Source: Bacillota bacterium (GTDB lineage Bacteria; Bacillota; Clostridia; Christensenellales; UBA1242). From it: a DNA stretch of 60,802 bases. Within the stretch, counting starts at the first letter, position 1. The number at the start of each line of letters is the position of its first letter. A program made the translations under genes and the position numbers. The DNA lies in the NCBI GenBank assembly GCA_009787915.1, contig WQSK01000002.1, positions 1-60,802 on the forward strand. Direction: 5' to 3'. Under the pieces are notes generated by a model that saw only the letters and a program-made list of their open reading frames with translations, was not told the DNA's origin and searched no databases. Of this stretch, positions 51,681 to 59,947 are shown in pieces.

Positions 51681-52670
51681 ATGAAGCGTATCAGCATTAT
51701 TGGCTCTACAGGTTCGGTTGGCAAACAAGCCTTGCAGGTCATCGCCGCTCTCAAAGACCATTTCGAGATTATTGCACTCGCGTGTGGAAGCAATGTAAAA
51801 CTTTTGAAACAACAAGCGAAAAAATTTAAACCCCGTTATACGTGCGTTGGGGAGGGGGAACTTTTTAAAATCGCAAACGACCGTGATAATGACATGATTT
51901 TGTTTGCTTCATCAGGCGTGTCGGCGCTTGAACCATTATTGTTAGCAATCGAAAACGGGATTGATATTGCGCTTGCGAATAAAGAAGTCCTTGTTATCGC
52001 GGGCGAAATCATAATGAAAAAGGCGCGTGAACACAAAGTAAACATCATCCCCGTGGACAGCGAACACAGTGCAATTCACCAGTGTTTGCAAAACGGACGT
52101 GCAGAAAATATTTCCAAGTTAATTCTGACGGCCAGCGGCGGACCATTTTTGCGTACCGACAAAAAGGTTATGGACAACGCGACGGCAGAGCATGCCCTTG
52201 CACATCCGCGTTGGATTATGGGTAAAAAGATATCGGTTGACTCCGCGACCATGATGAACAAGGGCTTTGAAGTAATCGAGGCGCACCACCTTTTTGGTGT
52301 TCCATACGAAAATATCGAGGTCGTCATTCACCCTCAAAGTATTGTCCATTCTATGGTGGAATTTGTTGACGGTTCTGTAATCGCACAACTTGGTGTCCCA
52401 AGCATGCACATTCCGATTCAATACGCGCTGACCTATCCCGAGCGTGTACAGGGTATAAAGTCGAATTCTTTTAATATAACCGACATTGCACGCTTGGATT
52501 TTGAAAAGCCAGATTTTAAAAAGTTCCCATGTTTGGCTTTGGCAATTAAAGCGGGGAAACAGGGCGGTGACGCACCTGCACGACTAAACGCCGCAAACGA
52601 CAAAGCCGTACAAGATTTTTTGGACGGGAAAATAAAGTTCGGCGACATTTACAAAATGGTCAGCAATTGA
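51681..52670 (+). CDS. dxr: 1-deoxy-D-xylulose-5-phosphate reductoisomerase (short C-terminus)
   Basis: MKRISIIGSTGSVGKQAL, ALANKEVLV, PVDSEHSAIHQCL, LTASGGPF, HPRWIMGKKISVDSATMMNKGFEVIEAHHLF, HPQSIVHSMVEF. Confidence 0.85.
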   Translation: MKRISIIGSTGSVGKQALQVIAALKDHFEIIALACGSNVKLLKQQAKKFKPRYTCVGEGELFKIANDRDNDMILFASSGVSALEPLLLAIENGIDIALANKEVLVIAGEIIMKKAREHKVNIIPVDSEHSAIHQCLQNGRAENISKLILTASGGPFLRTDKKVMDNATAEHALAHPRWIMGKKISVDSATMMNKGFEVIEAHHLFGVPYENIEVVIHPQSIVHSMVEFVDGSVIAQLGVPSMHIPIQYALTYPERVQGIKSNSFNITDIARLDFEKPDFKKFPCLALAIKAGKQGGDAPARLNAANDKAVQDFLDGKIKFGDIYKMVSN

Positions 52671-52700
52671 CAACCATAAAAAACTATGTCATGTTTGGGT

Positions 52701-55424
52701 ATGGGACTTTTTCAATCAGATAACACGCGTCACGTACGAAGACTTCAAAAAATCGCCGAGCGCGTAATGCTCTTGGAGGACGAATTCAAGGAAAAAACGG
52801 ACGAGGAGTTAAAAAACCTCACACAGGAATTCAAGCGCAGAATTGAAACGGGCGAGAGCATCGAAACCGTTTTGCCAATGGCTTTTGCCACGGTGCGTGA
52901 AGCTGCAGCCCGTGTTTTGAACCAACGACCATATTATGTCCAGATTCTTGGGGGATTGGCACTTCACCAAGGTCGTATCGCCGAGATGAAAACGGGTGAG
53001 GGAAAAACTCTTACAAGTATCTTTCCGTGTTATTTGAACGCGCTTAAGGGAAAAGGTGTTCACGTCGTCGAGGCCAACGAATATCTCGCAAAACGTAACC
53101 AAGAATGGATGGGTAAGGTTCACAGGTTTTTGGGGCTCACCGTTGGTTATGCCCGCGCCCATGACAAGCCCGAACAGAAAAAAATCGCCTACGATTGCGA
53201 CATTACATATGTAACAAGTTCGGAACTTGGGTTTGATTACCTTAGGGACAATGTTGCGCTTAGGGCGGATGACCGTGTTCTTCGCGGAAACTATATGGCA
53301 ATAGTCGACGAGGCGGACAGTATCTTGATTGACGAATCACGAACCCCGCTTATCATGTCAAGTCGCACCGAGGATAACAGTTCGCACTATAAAAACTGTG
53401 ACAAGTTTGTAAGAACCCTTGGTGAAAACGATTTTGAGGTTGACCTCAAAGAACGTGCGGTTCGTTTGACCGATTTGGGTATTGACAAAGCCGAACGTGC
53501 TTTTGGTACGGAAAATATCTCAAGTGCCGAAAACATGGAATTGAACCACTTTATTGATAATGCCTTGAAAGCACATCTTTTGTATCACCAAGACGAAGAA
53601 TACATTATAAACAAAGACCGCGAAGTCATCATAATCGACCAAAACACTGGGCGTCAAATGGTGGGGCGACGTTTTGGTAATGGACTGCACCAAGCAATCG
53701 AGGCAAAAGAGGGCGTGCCTATTCGTAACGAGGACAAAACCGTTGCGACAATTACAATACAGAACTTGTTTAAATTATATGCGAAACTATCGGGCATGAC
53801 GGGTACGGCAAAAACCGAGGAAATGGAATTTCAAAAAATCTATGGTGTTGACGTTGTTCAAATCCCAACGAACAAAGAAGTCATCCGCGAGGACGCCCCA
53901 GATGTTGTTTTCACAAAACTTGAAAGAAAGATGCAGGCTATCTTAGAGGATGTTGAATTCAGATACCAGAGGAAACAACCTGTTCTTATAGGTACGACTA
54001 CAATCGAGAAGTCCGAAGAAGTTTCCAAGTTGCTTAAAACCAAAAAGATTCCTCACGATGTTTTGAACGCAAAAAACCACGAGCGCGAGGCCGATATTGT
54101 TGCCCAAGCAGGTCGCCTTGGACAAGTCACAATTGCCACAAACATGGCAGGTCGTGGTACCGACATTTTGTTGGGGGGAAACCCAGACTATATGGCGACC
54201 CAGCACCTAAGAAAAGAAAACTATGACGAAGAACAAATTTATAATGCAACCAGTTTCTATGACACCGATGATAAAGAGGTGCAAAAACTGCGCACGTATT
54301 ATAAAGAACTTCTTGCGAAATACAAAGAACAAACCGAGGCGGAAAAAGAACAGGTTGTTGAACTTGGTGGTTTGCATATCATAGGAACCGAGCGTCACGA
54401 CAGCCGACGTATTGATAACCAATTGCGCGGTCGTGCAGGACGGCAAGGTGACCCTGGGTCCACTATCTTTTATATGAGTTGTGAAGACGAAATCATGAAA
54501 CGTTTTGGTAAAGACGTTGTTGGGGGTTCTCTTCGGTTTTTCAGAATGGACGATATTCAAAGTAGAATGCTAACCAGATTGTTCGAGCGCGTCCAAAAAC
54601 GTGTCGAGGGTTATTACTTTGACCATCGCCGTCAAACGTTTGAATACGACAACGTCATGAACGGCCAGCGCGAACGTATCTATGAACAAAGAAACCGAAT
54701 CCTTGACGGCGAAGATGTCCACAAACAGATTCTTGCAATGTTCCCCGAGGTTATCGCAAAAATTGTTGCCCAAGCAATCGATGTGTCGGCGAATTATTCC
54801 GAGTGGGACCTAGCCCGTGCAAACGAGGTTTTAGGGGCAAGATTATTTGGTGAAAAAGTCGATTACCTTGACAAAGAAAACACCGAGGGCGCGGACTTTG
54901 AAGATATTTGCGAAATGGTCACCGAGGCCGCGATGAACGGGTACATCGAAAAATATGAAAAGTTAAAACAAGCAGGCTTGGACTTTTCGGTTCTTGAGAG
55001 AAAAATTTTGCTCGAAGCAATCGACACAAGATGGATGGACCACATCGATGCAATGGTGCATCTAAGAAATGGTATAGGTTTAAGAGGTTATGGTCAACGC
55101 AACCCGATTAACGAATACCTCGCCGAATCCATAGATATGTACAACCGTATGGTTGAATCTATTAACGAAACCGCGGTTTTGTATCTGTTTAAAATCAACG
55201 TCACAATTGAACAAGCCCGACCTCGTCAAACCGAGAGCCCATTTGGCGCAACACGCAAGCACCACTCGGCACCGACAGCAGGGCCTGTTGTGCATAACCA
55301 ACTTGGACCCGTGGCGTCGAACGTACAAAAAACCCAAGTCCACCAGTTCAAAAAAGACATCGGGCGCAACGAACCTTGCCCATGCAAAAGTGGCAAAAAA
55401 TACAAGCAATGTTGTGGGCGGTAA
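52701..55424 (+). CDS. secA: Preprotein translocase ATPase SecA
   Basis: IAEMKTGEGKTL, IVDEADSILIDESRTPLI, TGTAKTEE, ATNMAGRGTDI, and a C-terminal zinc motif CPCKSGKKYKQCCG. Confidence 0.95.
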   Translation: MGLFQSDNTRHVRRLQKIAERVMLLEDEFKEKTDEELKNLTQEFKRRIETGESIETVLPMAFATVREAAARVLNQRPYYVQILGGLALHQGRIAEMKTGEGKTLTSIFPCYLNALKGKGVHVVEANEYLAKRNQEWMGKVHRFLGLTVGYARAHDKPEQKKIAYDCDITYVTSSELGFDYLRDNVALRADDRVLRGNYMAIVDEADSILIDESRTPLIMSSRTEDNSSHYKNCDKFVRTLGENDFEVDLKERAVRLTDLGIDKAERAFGTENISSAENMELNHFIDNALKAHLLYHQDEEYIINKDREVIIIDQNTGRQMVGRRFGNGLHQAIEAKEGVPIRNEDKTVATITIQNLFKLYAKLSGMTGTAKTEEMEFQKIYGVDVVQIPTNKEVIREDAPDVVFTKLERKMQAILEDVEFRYQRKQPVLIGTTTIEKSEEVSKLLKTKKIPHDVLNAKNHEREADIVAQAGRLGQVTIATNMAGRGTDILLGGNPDYMATQHLRKENYDEEQIYNATSFYDTDDKEVQKLRTYYKELLAKYKEQTEAEKEQVVELGGLHIIGTERHDSRRIDNQLRGRAGRQGDPGSTIFYMSCEDEIMKRFGKDVVGGSLRFFRMDDIQSRMLTRLFERVQKRVEGYYFDHRRQTFEYDNVMNGQRERIYEQRNRILDGEDVHKQILAMFPEVIAKIVAQAIDVSANYSEWDLARANEVLGARLFGEKVDYLDKENTEGADFEDICEMVTEAAMNGYIEKYEKLKQAGLDFSVLERKILLEAIDTRWMDHIDAMVHLRNGIGLRGYGQRNPINEYLAESIDMYNRMVESINETAVLYLFKINVTIEQARPRQTESPFGATRKHHSAPTAGPVVHNQLGPVASNVQKTQVHQFKKDIGRNEPCPCKSGKKYKQCCGR

Positions 55425-55428
55425 CGAT

Positions 55429-55905
55429 ATGGCGTACAGACCCAAAGCCGCAGCAGGTGTATTTGTTTTAAGAAACGTTGGTTTGGACACCGAGGTTTTG
55501 TTGCAGAAAAGAGGCAAGGAGAGTGCCTATGAAGTAGGTCACGGAAAGTACGACGCAACCGCCTCTGGTCACGTAGAGAATGAAACCGAATCCCTCACCA
55601 TGTGTGCCAAGCGCGAGGCTATGGAAGAACTTGGTATTTCTTTCGATGAAAAAGACGCGGTTTTTACAACTTGTGTTTATTCCCAAGACGGCACCACGAC
55701 CACGTACATAGCGCTTTATTACTTTGTCGACAAATACACAGGAACCCCAACAATATGTGAACAAGGGAAAGTCGAAGCCTTGGAATGGTTTCCGATGAAC
55801 AAATTGCCAAAAAACTTGTGGCCGCTTTCAGTCGTAGAAGCGTTGAAAAACTATGACAAAAAAATAAGATTCTCGGAAGTAGGATTTAAAGGAGATAAAA
55901 AATGA
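55429..55905 (+). CDS. NUDIX hydrolase
   Basis: SGHVENETESLTMCAKREAMEELGI approximates the Nudix box GX5EX7REUXEEXGU. Confidence 0.8.
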   Translation: MAYRPKAAAGVFVLRNVGLDTEVLLQKRGKESAYEVGHGKYDATASGHVENETESLTMCAKREAMEELGISFDEKDAVFTTCVYSQDGTTTTYIALYYFVDKYTGTPTICEQGKVEALEWFPMNKLPKNLWPLSVVEALKNYDKKIRFSEVGFKGDKK

Positions 55906-56417
55906 TTTTGGACGCAATCAAAAAACGCAGGAGCATAAGGAAATACGACCCAAACGGTGTTGTAACCGACGAACAGGTAAAAGAGTTGTTAGAGGCCGCA
56001 ATGTTGGCACCAAGCGCGTGCAACACCCGACCGTGGGAGTTTATCGTTGTTCGTGACCGCGCGATACTTGATAAAATTGCCGACTTTCATAACTTTGCAA
56101 AAATGCTTAAAACCGCGAGCCTTGCAATCATTGTTGTTGCACTCCCTGACACGCAAAAGGGTTTGCCTGGCGAGGGTATGTGGCAACATGATTGTGGGGC
56201 AACGACCCAAAACATTTTGTTACAGGCCGCCGAGTTAAACCTAGGCACCTGTTGGTGTGGTCTACACCCAGTTGAAAATTACATGACCGAAATTCGCAAA
56301 ATTTTTGGTCTGCCTAAAAACAAAATACCGTTCTGCGCAATTGCGGTAGGTGTTCCCGCCGAGAACTTCGGCAGCCGCGGCAAGTACGAAGAATCAAAAG
56401 TCACGTGGGTAAGATAA
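55902..56417 (+). CDS. Nitroreductase-family protein
   Basis: IKKRRSIRKYDPN, APSACNTRPWEFIVV, and a typical fold length. Confidence 0.8.
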   Translation: MILDAIKKRRSIRKYDPNGVVTDEQVKELLEAAMLAPSACNTRPWEFIVVRDRAILDKIADFHNFAKMLKTASLAIIVVALPDTQKGLPGEGMWQHDCGATTQNILLQAAELNLGTCWCGLHPVENYMTEIRKIFGLPKNKIPFCAIAVGVPAENFGSRGKYEESKVTWVR

Positions 56418-56426
56418 AAATCTTTT

Positions 56427-56435
56427 TGTGGATAA
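56427..56435. promoter_or_regulatory. Perfect DnaA box (TGTGGATAA)
   Basis: Exact 9-mer, 11 nt upstream of the -35 element of the next promoter. Confidence 0.4.
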
Positions 56436-56446
56436 CTTAAAAACAG

Positions 56447-56473
56447 TTGACAATTTCTGGGGGGGGGTAGACT
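56447..56473 (+). promoter_or_regulatory. Promoter TTGACA-15-TAGACT with a G9 tract in the spacer, 6 nt before ATG 56480
   Basis: TTGACA 56447-56452, G9 56459-56467, TAGACT 56468-56473. The geometry matches the other leaderless promoters in this window except for the short spacer. Confidence 0.5.
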
Positions 56474-56479
56474 GTTTTT

Positions 56480-57343
56480 ATGGATAAAAATATTTTTGAA
56501 AGAATCAGGAAACACGCGACCAAAGGAATTGGAATCGCACTACTCTCAGCAACCTTAGTCGGATGCGCAGTACCAAAACAAATCATGCCCGACCGCGACA
56601 AAGACTGCGACCCTGGCACCGAAGAACCAAAACCAGACAGACTGCAAGAACGCTATGATGAACAACTGGAGGCAATCCGTGCCGAAGCAAAAGAGATTCG
56701 TGACCAACTTCAATCTTTTGTGGATTTCAAACGTGACCAAAGTGTTGCGGACTTTGAAACTGCCGAAATAGTGCGTGCAGAAATCGCAGTCCTTGTCCAA
56801 CTGATTGATAAACAAGACACAGTTGCTAACAGCACAAACCTCGAGGACGCATCAATCGCACTCGGCGAGGTACTGTCTTTGACTTTGCTTGGCAAAACAA
56901 ATAAAGAGTTGGAAAAACTCAGCGATGAAGAACGCCTGAAACTTGAAACAACGCCAGAGATGAAAACTGTACAAATTCTGCACTCTTTGGTTTTTGTGAA
57001 CAACATTGAAAAGCGTGATTTCGAACAAAATGATATTGACGCTCTGTTTGAAACTGCTGGCGCACTTGTCCCAGGGGCGTTATTCCCAAGGGACAACATA
57101 GACGAGGCAATCATTATCGTGCATAATGCGGTTGCGGAAAACATCCCAGGCTTTATGCCACCACGCTTTATGCCACAAGAATTGCGCATGGGGCTGACTG
57201 GGCAGATTAAATCTATTGCAAGAGGTCAGGCGGTTTTGGACGACAAAGAAACCGAAAGAAATATGAACAACAGTCTTGGTGGGGAGACCGCACCGAAACG
57301 AACACGTTCCCAAATTCAAAAGCAATTTGGCTTGGAATTATAA
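56480..57343 (+). CDS. Lipoprotein (hypothetical, helical/acidic)
   Basis: GIALLSATLVGCAVPK lipobox. Confidence 0.6.
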   Translation: MDKNIFERIRKHATKGIGIALLSATLVGCAVPKQIMPDRDKDCDPGTEEPKPDRLQERYDEQLEAIRAEAKEIRDQLQSFVDFKRDQSVADFETAEIVRAEIAVLVQLIDKQDTVANSTNLEDASIALGEVLSLTLLGKTNKELEKLSDEERLKLETTPEMKTVQILHSLVFVNNIEKRDFEQNDIDALFETAGALVPGALFPRDNIDEAIIIVHNAVAENIPGFMPPRFMPQELRMGLTGQIKSIARGQAVLDDKETERNMNNSLGGETAPKRTRSQIQKQFGLEL

Positions 57344-57365
57344 ATCATTGGTGTTAAAATCTAGC

Positions 57366-57776
57366 ATGTCAGTAATGAGCATGAATTTTGGAAAGCACAT
57401 TGTCTTTTCGGAGTACAAGGAAACAAAAACAGAGTTTGACAATAAAAGTGGTCGGCTTGTAGGTGTTGGTGTTTTGTCGCCTATCCCTGCCGATTCCCGT
57501 TCGTGTTTGGTGCGTATTTCAAGCAACAAAAATAACGACATACATCGTGGCATCCTAATTTGCCACGGTCACGTTAAAAACGATTTTGTTGGCGAGTACA
57601 AAGACATGCAATCAACCTTGTTGATAACAAAAGACAATGATAAATATCACCTTGCTTGGTCAGTTGACGGCAAAGATACTTTTTATGGATTCGGCAAAAT
57701 TGTCGACGGCAACCTTGCTTTTGCCTATGGCGAAATGGACAGTAAATTCACGTTCGGAATTGAAATAAATAATTAA
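57366..57776 (+). CDS. Hypothetical small protein (136 aa)
   Basis: Internal ATG of track ORF 57276-57776 (MSVMSMNFGKHIVFSEYKE...). No motif recognised. Confidence 0.45.
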   Translation: MSVMSMNFGKHIVFSEYKETKTEFDNKSGRLVGVGVLSPIPADSRSCLVRISSNKNNDIHRGILICHGHVKNDFVGEYKDMQSTLLITKDNDKYHLAWSVDGKDTFYGFGKIVDGNLAFAYGEMDSKFTFGIEINN

Positions 57777-58957
57777 ATCCTATCCAATCGCCTTGGCGAG
57801 CCAATATAGTTATACAAAAGCCCCAATTGGTCGGTCGGGACATAAACAAACGTCCCACCGTCATATTGCAGGATTAAGTACTCTTTTTTCTCAGACCCAA
57901 ATTCCATGCGTTTCTTTCCAATGTATCTTCCAAGTCCATGTTTTTGATGTATGACCAAAGACCCCTCCTGCGGAATCTCGAATTCACAATCGCAATAATC
58001 CAACCCCTCGGTGGTCGCACAGTTTTCATTGTGAATTGTCTGTGGTTGCGGTGGGGCGGTGCCAATAGAATAAACCACAATCCCTTGGTCAACCAATTCG
58101 AACGAAGCCCCCAATGGTTTTTGCACTATATTGATTGCGCCATGATGAATGTTGTCATATGTCGTGATTTTATAAGTGATTGCTTTTTGTTCAAGGTACC
58201 GCTCTAACGCTTTTGATTTTCCCACATAGCAAACAACGGTTTTGTTTCGTGACTTTATGTTCCAAACCAACTCGGGTACCAGCACCGATATCGCCGAGAA
58301 ATAATTTGCAACAGGCGCGGTACGGATTTTAAGTGACACCACAGGCTCAAATGGTTCTTTCAAATTAACCCAGATTGCCAACTTTGTTTCTTGTTCCAAA
58401 ACAATTATAGGGTACCTATGTTTTAGGCTCTCCAAAACGCTGGTATGTTCTGTGGCTATGTATCGGTCGGGGATAGGGGCAATTGTACAAGACTTTAACG
58501 TGTCAATTGTTGTAAACCCACCTGGGTCAATGGTTTTTATTTGTTCTATTTCGTCACCCAAAAACATTATGCGAAACAAAATACCGTCAGAAAACACGTC
58601 CAATATATCACCCCTAAGTTGCCATTCGCCCTCGTGTTCAATTCGTACAACTTTTTGGTAACCAAACTCTGTCAAGGTCGCAACCATGTCTTTAAGTGCA
58701 ATCCTCTGACTGCCCTTGTACAAAACAGGCGGGGGGATGATTGGTATCTGTGTTTCAAGATTATCCGCACTTGTCACCGTGACGGTGGTTCCAAGTTCCA
58801 AACCCATGTTTTCAAACACCGTGCGTGCATGCTCCATGTTCTCGGGGTGGCTTGCAACATACGCGAACGGAACCCCAATTGCACCTGCAATCACGGGCGC
58901 AACAGAAATATCGTCAATCACAACCGAAGTATTATTTTCATGAGGGATTTTAAACAT
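57773..58957 (-). CDS. mfd: Mfd (transcription-repair coupling factor) N-terminal fragment: UvrB-homology module + RNAP-interacting domain, no translocase
   Basis: GEWQLRGDILDVFS (as in Mfd/UvrB GEFSVRGGILDIF) and EGSLVIHQKHGLGRYIGKKRMEFGSEKKEYLILQYDGGTFVYVPTDQLGLLYNY (CarD/TRCF RID). The ORF stops right after the RID. Follows pth as mfd does in Bacillus. Confidence 0.75.
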   Translation of the reverse strand: MFKIPHENNTSVVIDDISVAPVIAGAIGVPFAYVASHPENMEHARTVFENMGLELGTTVTVTSADNLETQIPIIPPPVLYKGSQRIALKDMVATLTEFGYQKVVRIEHEGEWQLRGDILDVFSDGILFRIMFLGDEIEQIKTIDPGGFTTIDTLKSCTIAPIPDRYIATEHTSVLESLKHRYPIIVLEQETKLAIWVNLKEPFEPVVSLKIRTAPVANYFSAISVLVPELVWNIKSRNKTVVCYVGKSKALERYLEQKAITYKITTYDNIHHGAINIVQKPLGASFELVDQGIVVYSIGTAPPQPQTIHNENCATTEGLDYCDCEFEIPQEGSLVIHQKHGLGRYIGKKRMEFGSEKKEYLILQYDGGTFVYVPTDQLGLLYNYIGSPRRLDRI

Positions 58958-59522
58958 TTTTGTTCCTCACATTATATTGGCTTTGCAATTTGTCCAAAGG
59001 CACACCCCGCAAAACATCTTGCACAGCCTCAACCGATTGACTAAGTGCCTCTGTGATTGTTTCCTTTTCTTCTTTTGGTATTTTTGTCAAAACATATTTT
59101 GCAATACACGTCGGAGGCTTTTCCGACATTATCCCAACACGAACCTTCATATATTGATTAGTTCCCAAAAGGTCGTTAATACTACGAATCCCGTTGTGAC
59201 CGCCACCCGAGCCCCCAAAAGATATCCTAATGTGCCCCTTTTCTATATATAGGTCGTCATACACAACCACAATGTTTTCGGGTGCAATCTTGTGCTTGCG
59301 AACAACCGCCAAAACCGCCTGACCGCTTAGGTTCATATACGTGAGGGACTTTAACACAATCGTCCCACCCAATTGACACGTCATTTGATTACCTTTCTTT
59401 TTAAATTCAAGCCCATGCTTTTCCGCCAACAAATCCACGGCCAAAAACCCCATGTTGTGCCATGTTTGAAAGTACTTGCCCTCGGGGTTCCCAAGTCCCA
59501 CAACCAAATGCGTGATTTTCAT
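58950..59522 (-). CDS. pth: Peptidyl-tRNA hydrolase
   Basis: LVVGLGNPEGKYFQTWHNMGF, VVYDDL, GGSGGGHNGIRSI. Confidence 0.9.
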   Translation of the reverse strand: MKITHLVVGLGNPEGKYFQTWHNMGFLAVDLLAEKHGLEFKKKGNQMTCQLGGTIVLKSLTYMNLSGQAVLAVVRKHKIAPENIVVVYDDLYIEKGHIRISFGGSGGGHNGIRSINDLLGTNQYMKVRVGIMSEKPPTCIAKYVLTKIPKEEKETITEALSQSVEAVQDVLRGVPLDKLQSQYNVRNKNV

Positions 59523-59575
59523 GTTGTTATTTTATCACAAATAGTGGCAGTCAGGCAAACTAAAATAAAAATCCT

Positions 59576-59908
59576 ATGGTACAGTCTTTTGTGGAAAAAT
59601 TGACAAAAGAACAACTTGCCGAAATCTCACGAGAGAATGGAAAACGTGGAGGTCGCCCCACGAATTTTAAACTGGCGGAATACGCCCTTCGGAACAGAGG
59701 TCTTGATCTTATGGAGATGAACCAAATTTGGCTTGATTTTCACCGTGGTTGTCCGCACGCAACAAAGTATCTCCGCAACTCCATCCGCGATTACCGCAAG
59801 GTCGTATCACAGGAAAAAGGAAAGCCAGTTTTGTTCCCACAAGAACCCAGAAATAACCCAAGAAAAACCCAGAATAAACCCAAATTTAACCCAGAAATAA
59901 CCTGGTAA
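59576..59908 (+). CDS. Hypothetical basic protein (110 aa)
   Basis: ENGKRGGRPTNFKLAEYA... No family recognised. The 3' end carries the 22-bp repeats. Confidence 0.45.
   Translation: MVQSFVEKLTKEQLAEISRENGKRGGRPTNFKLAEYALRNRGLDLMEMNQIWLDFHRGCPHATKYLRNSIRDYRKVVSQEKGKPVLFPQEPRNNPRKTQNKPKFNPEITW
59844..59902 (+). repeat. Three direct repeats of AACCCAGAA(A)TAA(A)CC(CA) at exact 22-nt spacing
   Basis: Copies start at 59844, 59866 and 59888. The period is not a multiple of 3 although the repeats lie in the last 22 codons of the ORF, about 45 nt upstream of the ychF ATG. Confidence 0.7.
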
Positions 59909-59947
59909 TGGCTTGTGAAAATGGAAAAACACTGTTATCATAAAAAC

